From positions 50,530,001 to 50,594,000 of the forward strand of contig OZ024741.1 in NCBI GenBank assembly GCA_964016885.1: a stretch of 64,000 bases of DNA. The letters are read 5' to 3'. This document shows, in pieces, positions 62,650 to 64,000 of this stretch. Position 1 is the first letter of the stretch. The number at the start of each line of letters is the position of its first letter. Under the pieces are notes generated by a model. It saw nothing but the letters and a program-made list of their open reading frames with translations. It made no database searches and was not told the DNA's origin. Both the position numbers and the translations under genes were made by a program. Source of the DNA: Eledone cirrhosa. Its lineage: Eukaryota.

Positions 62650-63265
62650 ATGATGAACGTGGAGAGAGAGAATAAAGAAGAGGTACTACCTCCAGCCAAC
62701 CCAATAGAGAGACCAGTTATCAAAATTGATAGTTATAGGGTCAAAGAAGCAATCAAGAGGATGAGAAATGGTAAAACTTCTGGACTGACAAAGATAGTTG
62801 CTGAGATGCTGAAATTATCTGAGAAAGAAGGAACTGATCTAGTCACAAGGTAAATACAGGATAGGGTTATACCTAATGATTAGTGTAGTAGTATACTCAT
62901 TAACTGTTAGAAGGGGAAAGATAATGCACTAGAAAGAAGCAACTAGAAGCATGAAACTAATGGATCAAGTTATGAAAGTCACAGAAAGAGTTTTAGTGTA
63001 ACTAACTAGAGAAAGAGTCAAATTAGATGAGCTGCAGTTTGGTTTTGTGTTAGGAGCACCACAGATACCCTCTTCTTAGTTAGACAACTACAAGATAAAT
63101 TCCTAGCTAAGTGTAAGCCATTATATCTAGCTTTCATTGATCTGGAGAAGGCCTATGACAGAGTTCCATGATATCTTATCTGGTGGTCCTTAAAGAAACT
63201 AGGTGCAGAAGAATGGCTTGTAAGAGTAGTGCAAGCCATGTACAGAGCAGTTGTCAGTAAAGAGA
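62650..63265 (+). mobile_element. Degenerate RTE RT fragment
   Basis: IVAEMLK, QFGF and FIDLEKAYDRV remnants. Confidence 0.75.
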
Positions 63266-63325
63266 GATGTATATATCATCATCATCATTTTACAAGTGAG
63301 GAAATTACTAATTATAACAGTACAT

Positions 63326-63685
63326 ATATCATCATCATCATTACCATTTTACGTCCGTTCTTCCACGCTAGCATGGGTTAGACGGGTTGTCCTGTTGTGG
63401 GCAGTGTCCAGTCGGCTGACCTTGTCTTGCTCATACAGGAACTGATTCTGGCTTGATTTCTACAGCTGGATGCCCTTCCTAACACCAACCTCATTTACAG
63501 TGAGTGTGGGTGCTTTTTTGCTGTGGCACCTCCATGACCACTTTTCAGTGGAATGATAGGGACTCCAGTCCTATCATCTCATTTCTACAGCTGAGTAAAC
63601 TGGAGCAATGTGAAATAAAGTGTCTTGCTCAAGGAAACAACACATCACCCGGTACGAGAATTGAACTCACAACCAAGCCATGCGC
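63326..63685 (-). mobile_element. CORE-SINE variant with a complete RTE family A tail
   Basis: Same CORE and hairpin as the other copies, but the 3' end continues as the family A UTR. Confidence 0.8.
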
Positions 63686-63821
63686 TTTCACATATATATA
63701 TATGTATATATATAAGAAGGTATGTAATTCATAGGCTGCGACAATGCGAAAGGTGTGGTATGATTCAAGATAAAAGAAGGTAACAAAGCTGCTCTGTTTT
63801 ACCTGTTCTTTATTCAAATAC

Positions 63822-63860
63822 GACCTTAATTTTCAAGATAAAATCTCCTCATCAGAAGTC
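63822..63860 (-). ncRNA. Minimal type I hammerhead-like motif
   Basis: GACUU-CUGAUGA-G-GAGAU(UUU)AUCUU-GAAA-AUUA|AGGUC, followed by AAUAAA. Confidence 0.6.
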
Positions 63861-64000
63861 AAAAACCTTGGAAAATAGAGAAAAGGTTTTAGCTTGTATG
63901 TGCTATCTTTTCTTGAAAAAAGTAGAGAAAACATTGCAGTGGGTGTGGCTTATCAGATGAGAGAACAGCTCTCCTGTTAAGTAATTTATCATTATGAAGA

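Overview
AT-rich, repeat-dense animal genomic DNA. The repeat landscape (RTE LINEs with (ATG)n tails, CORE- and Meta-type SINEs, (TA)n tracts) suggests an octopus or other coleoid cephalopod, which is an inference. Two spliced protein genes lie head-to-tail on the minus strand: DUSP19 (2 coding exons, 47614-49891, about 205 aa) and RBM45 (11 coding exons assembled by hand with consistent GT-AG phases, 5753-40985, about 525 aa). Introns and flanks hold at least three RTE LINE families whose ORF carries a PHD-type zinc finger, a near-intact CsRn1-like Gypsy LTR element (10963-16150), SINEs, mariner and piggyBac-type remnants, and many minisatellites. The most unusual signals are: (1) a 57-bp stop-free tandem array that copies the 3' splice acceptor of RBM45 exon 8 eight times inside RRM3; (2) several type-I hammerhead ribozyme motifs, two of them in self-masking palindromic cassettes inside (TA)n tracts that share a downstream motif; (3) a SINE that appears to have switched LINE tails; (4) RTE UTR modules that repeatedly seed tandem arrays.
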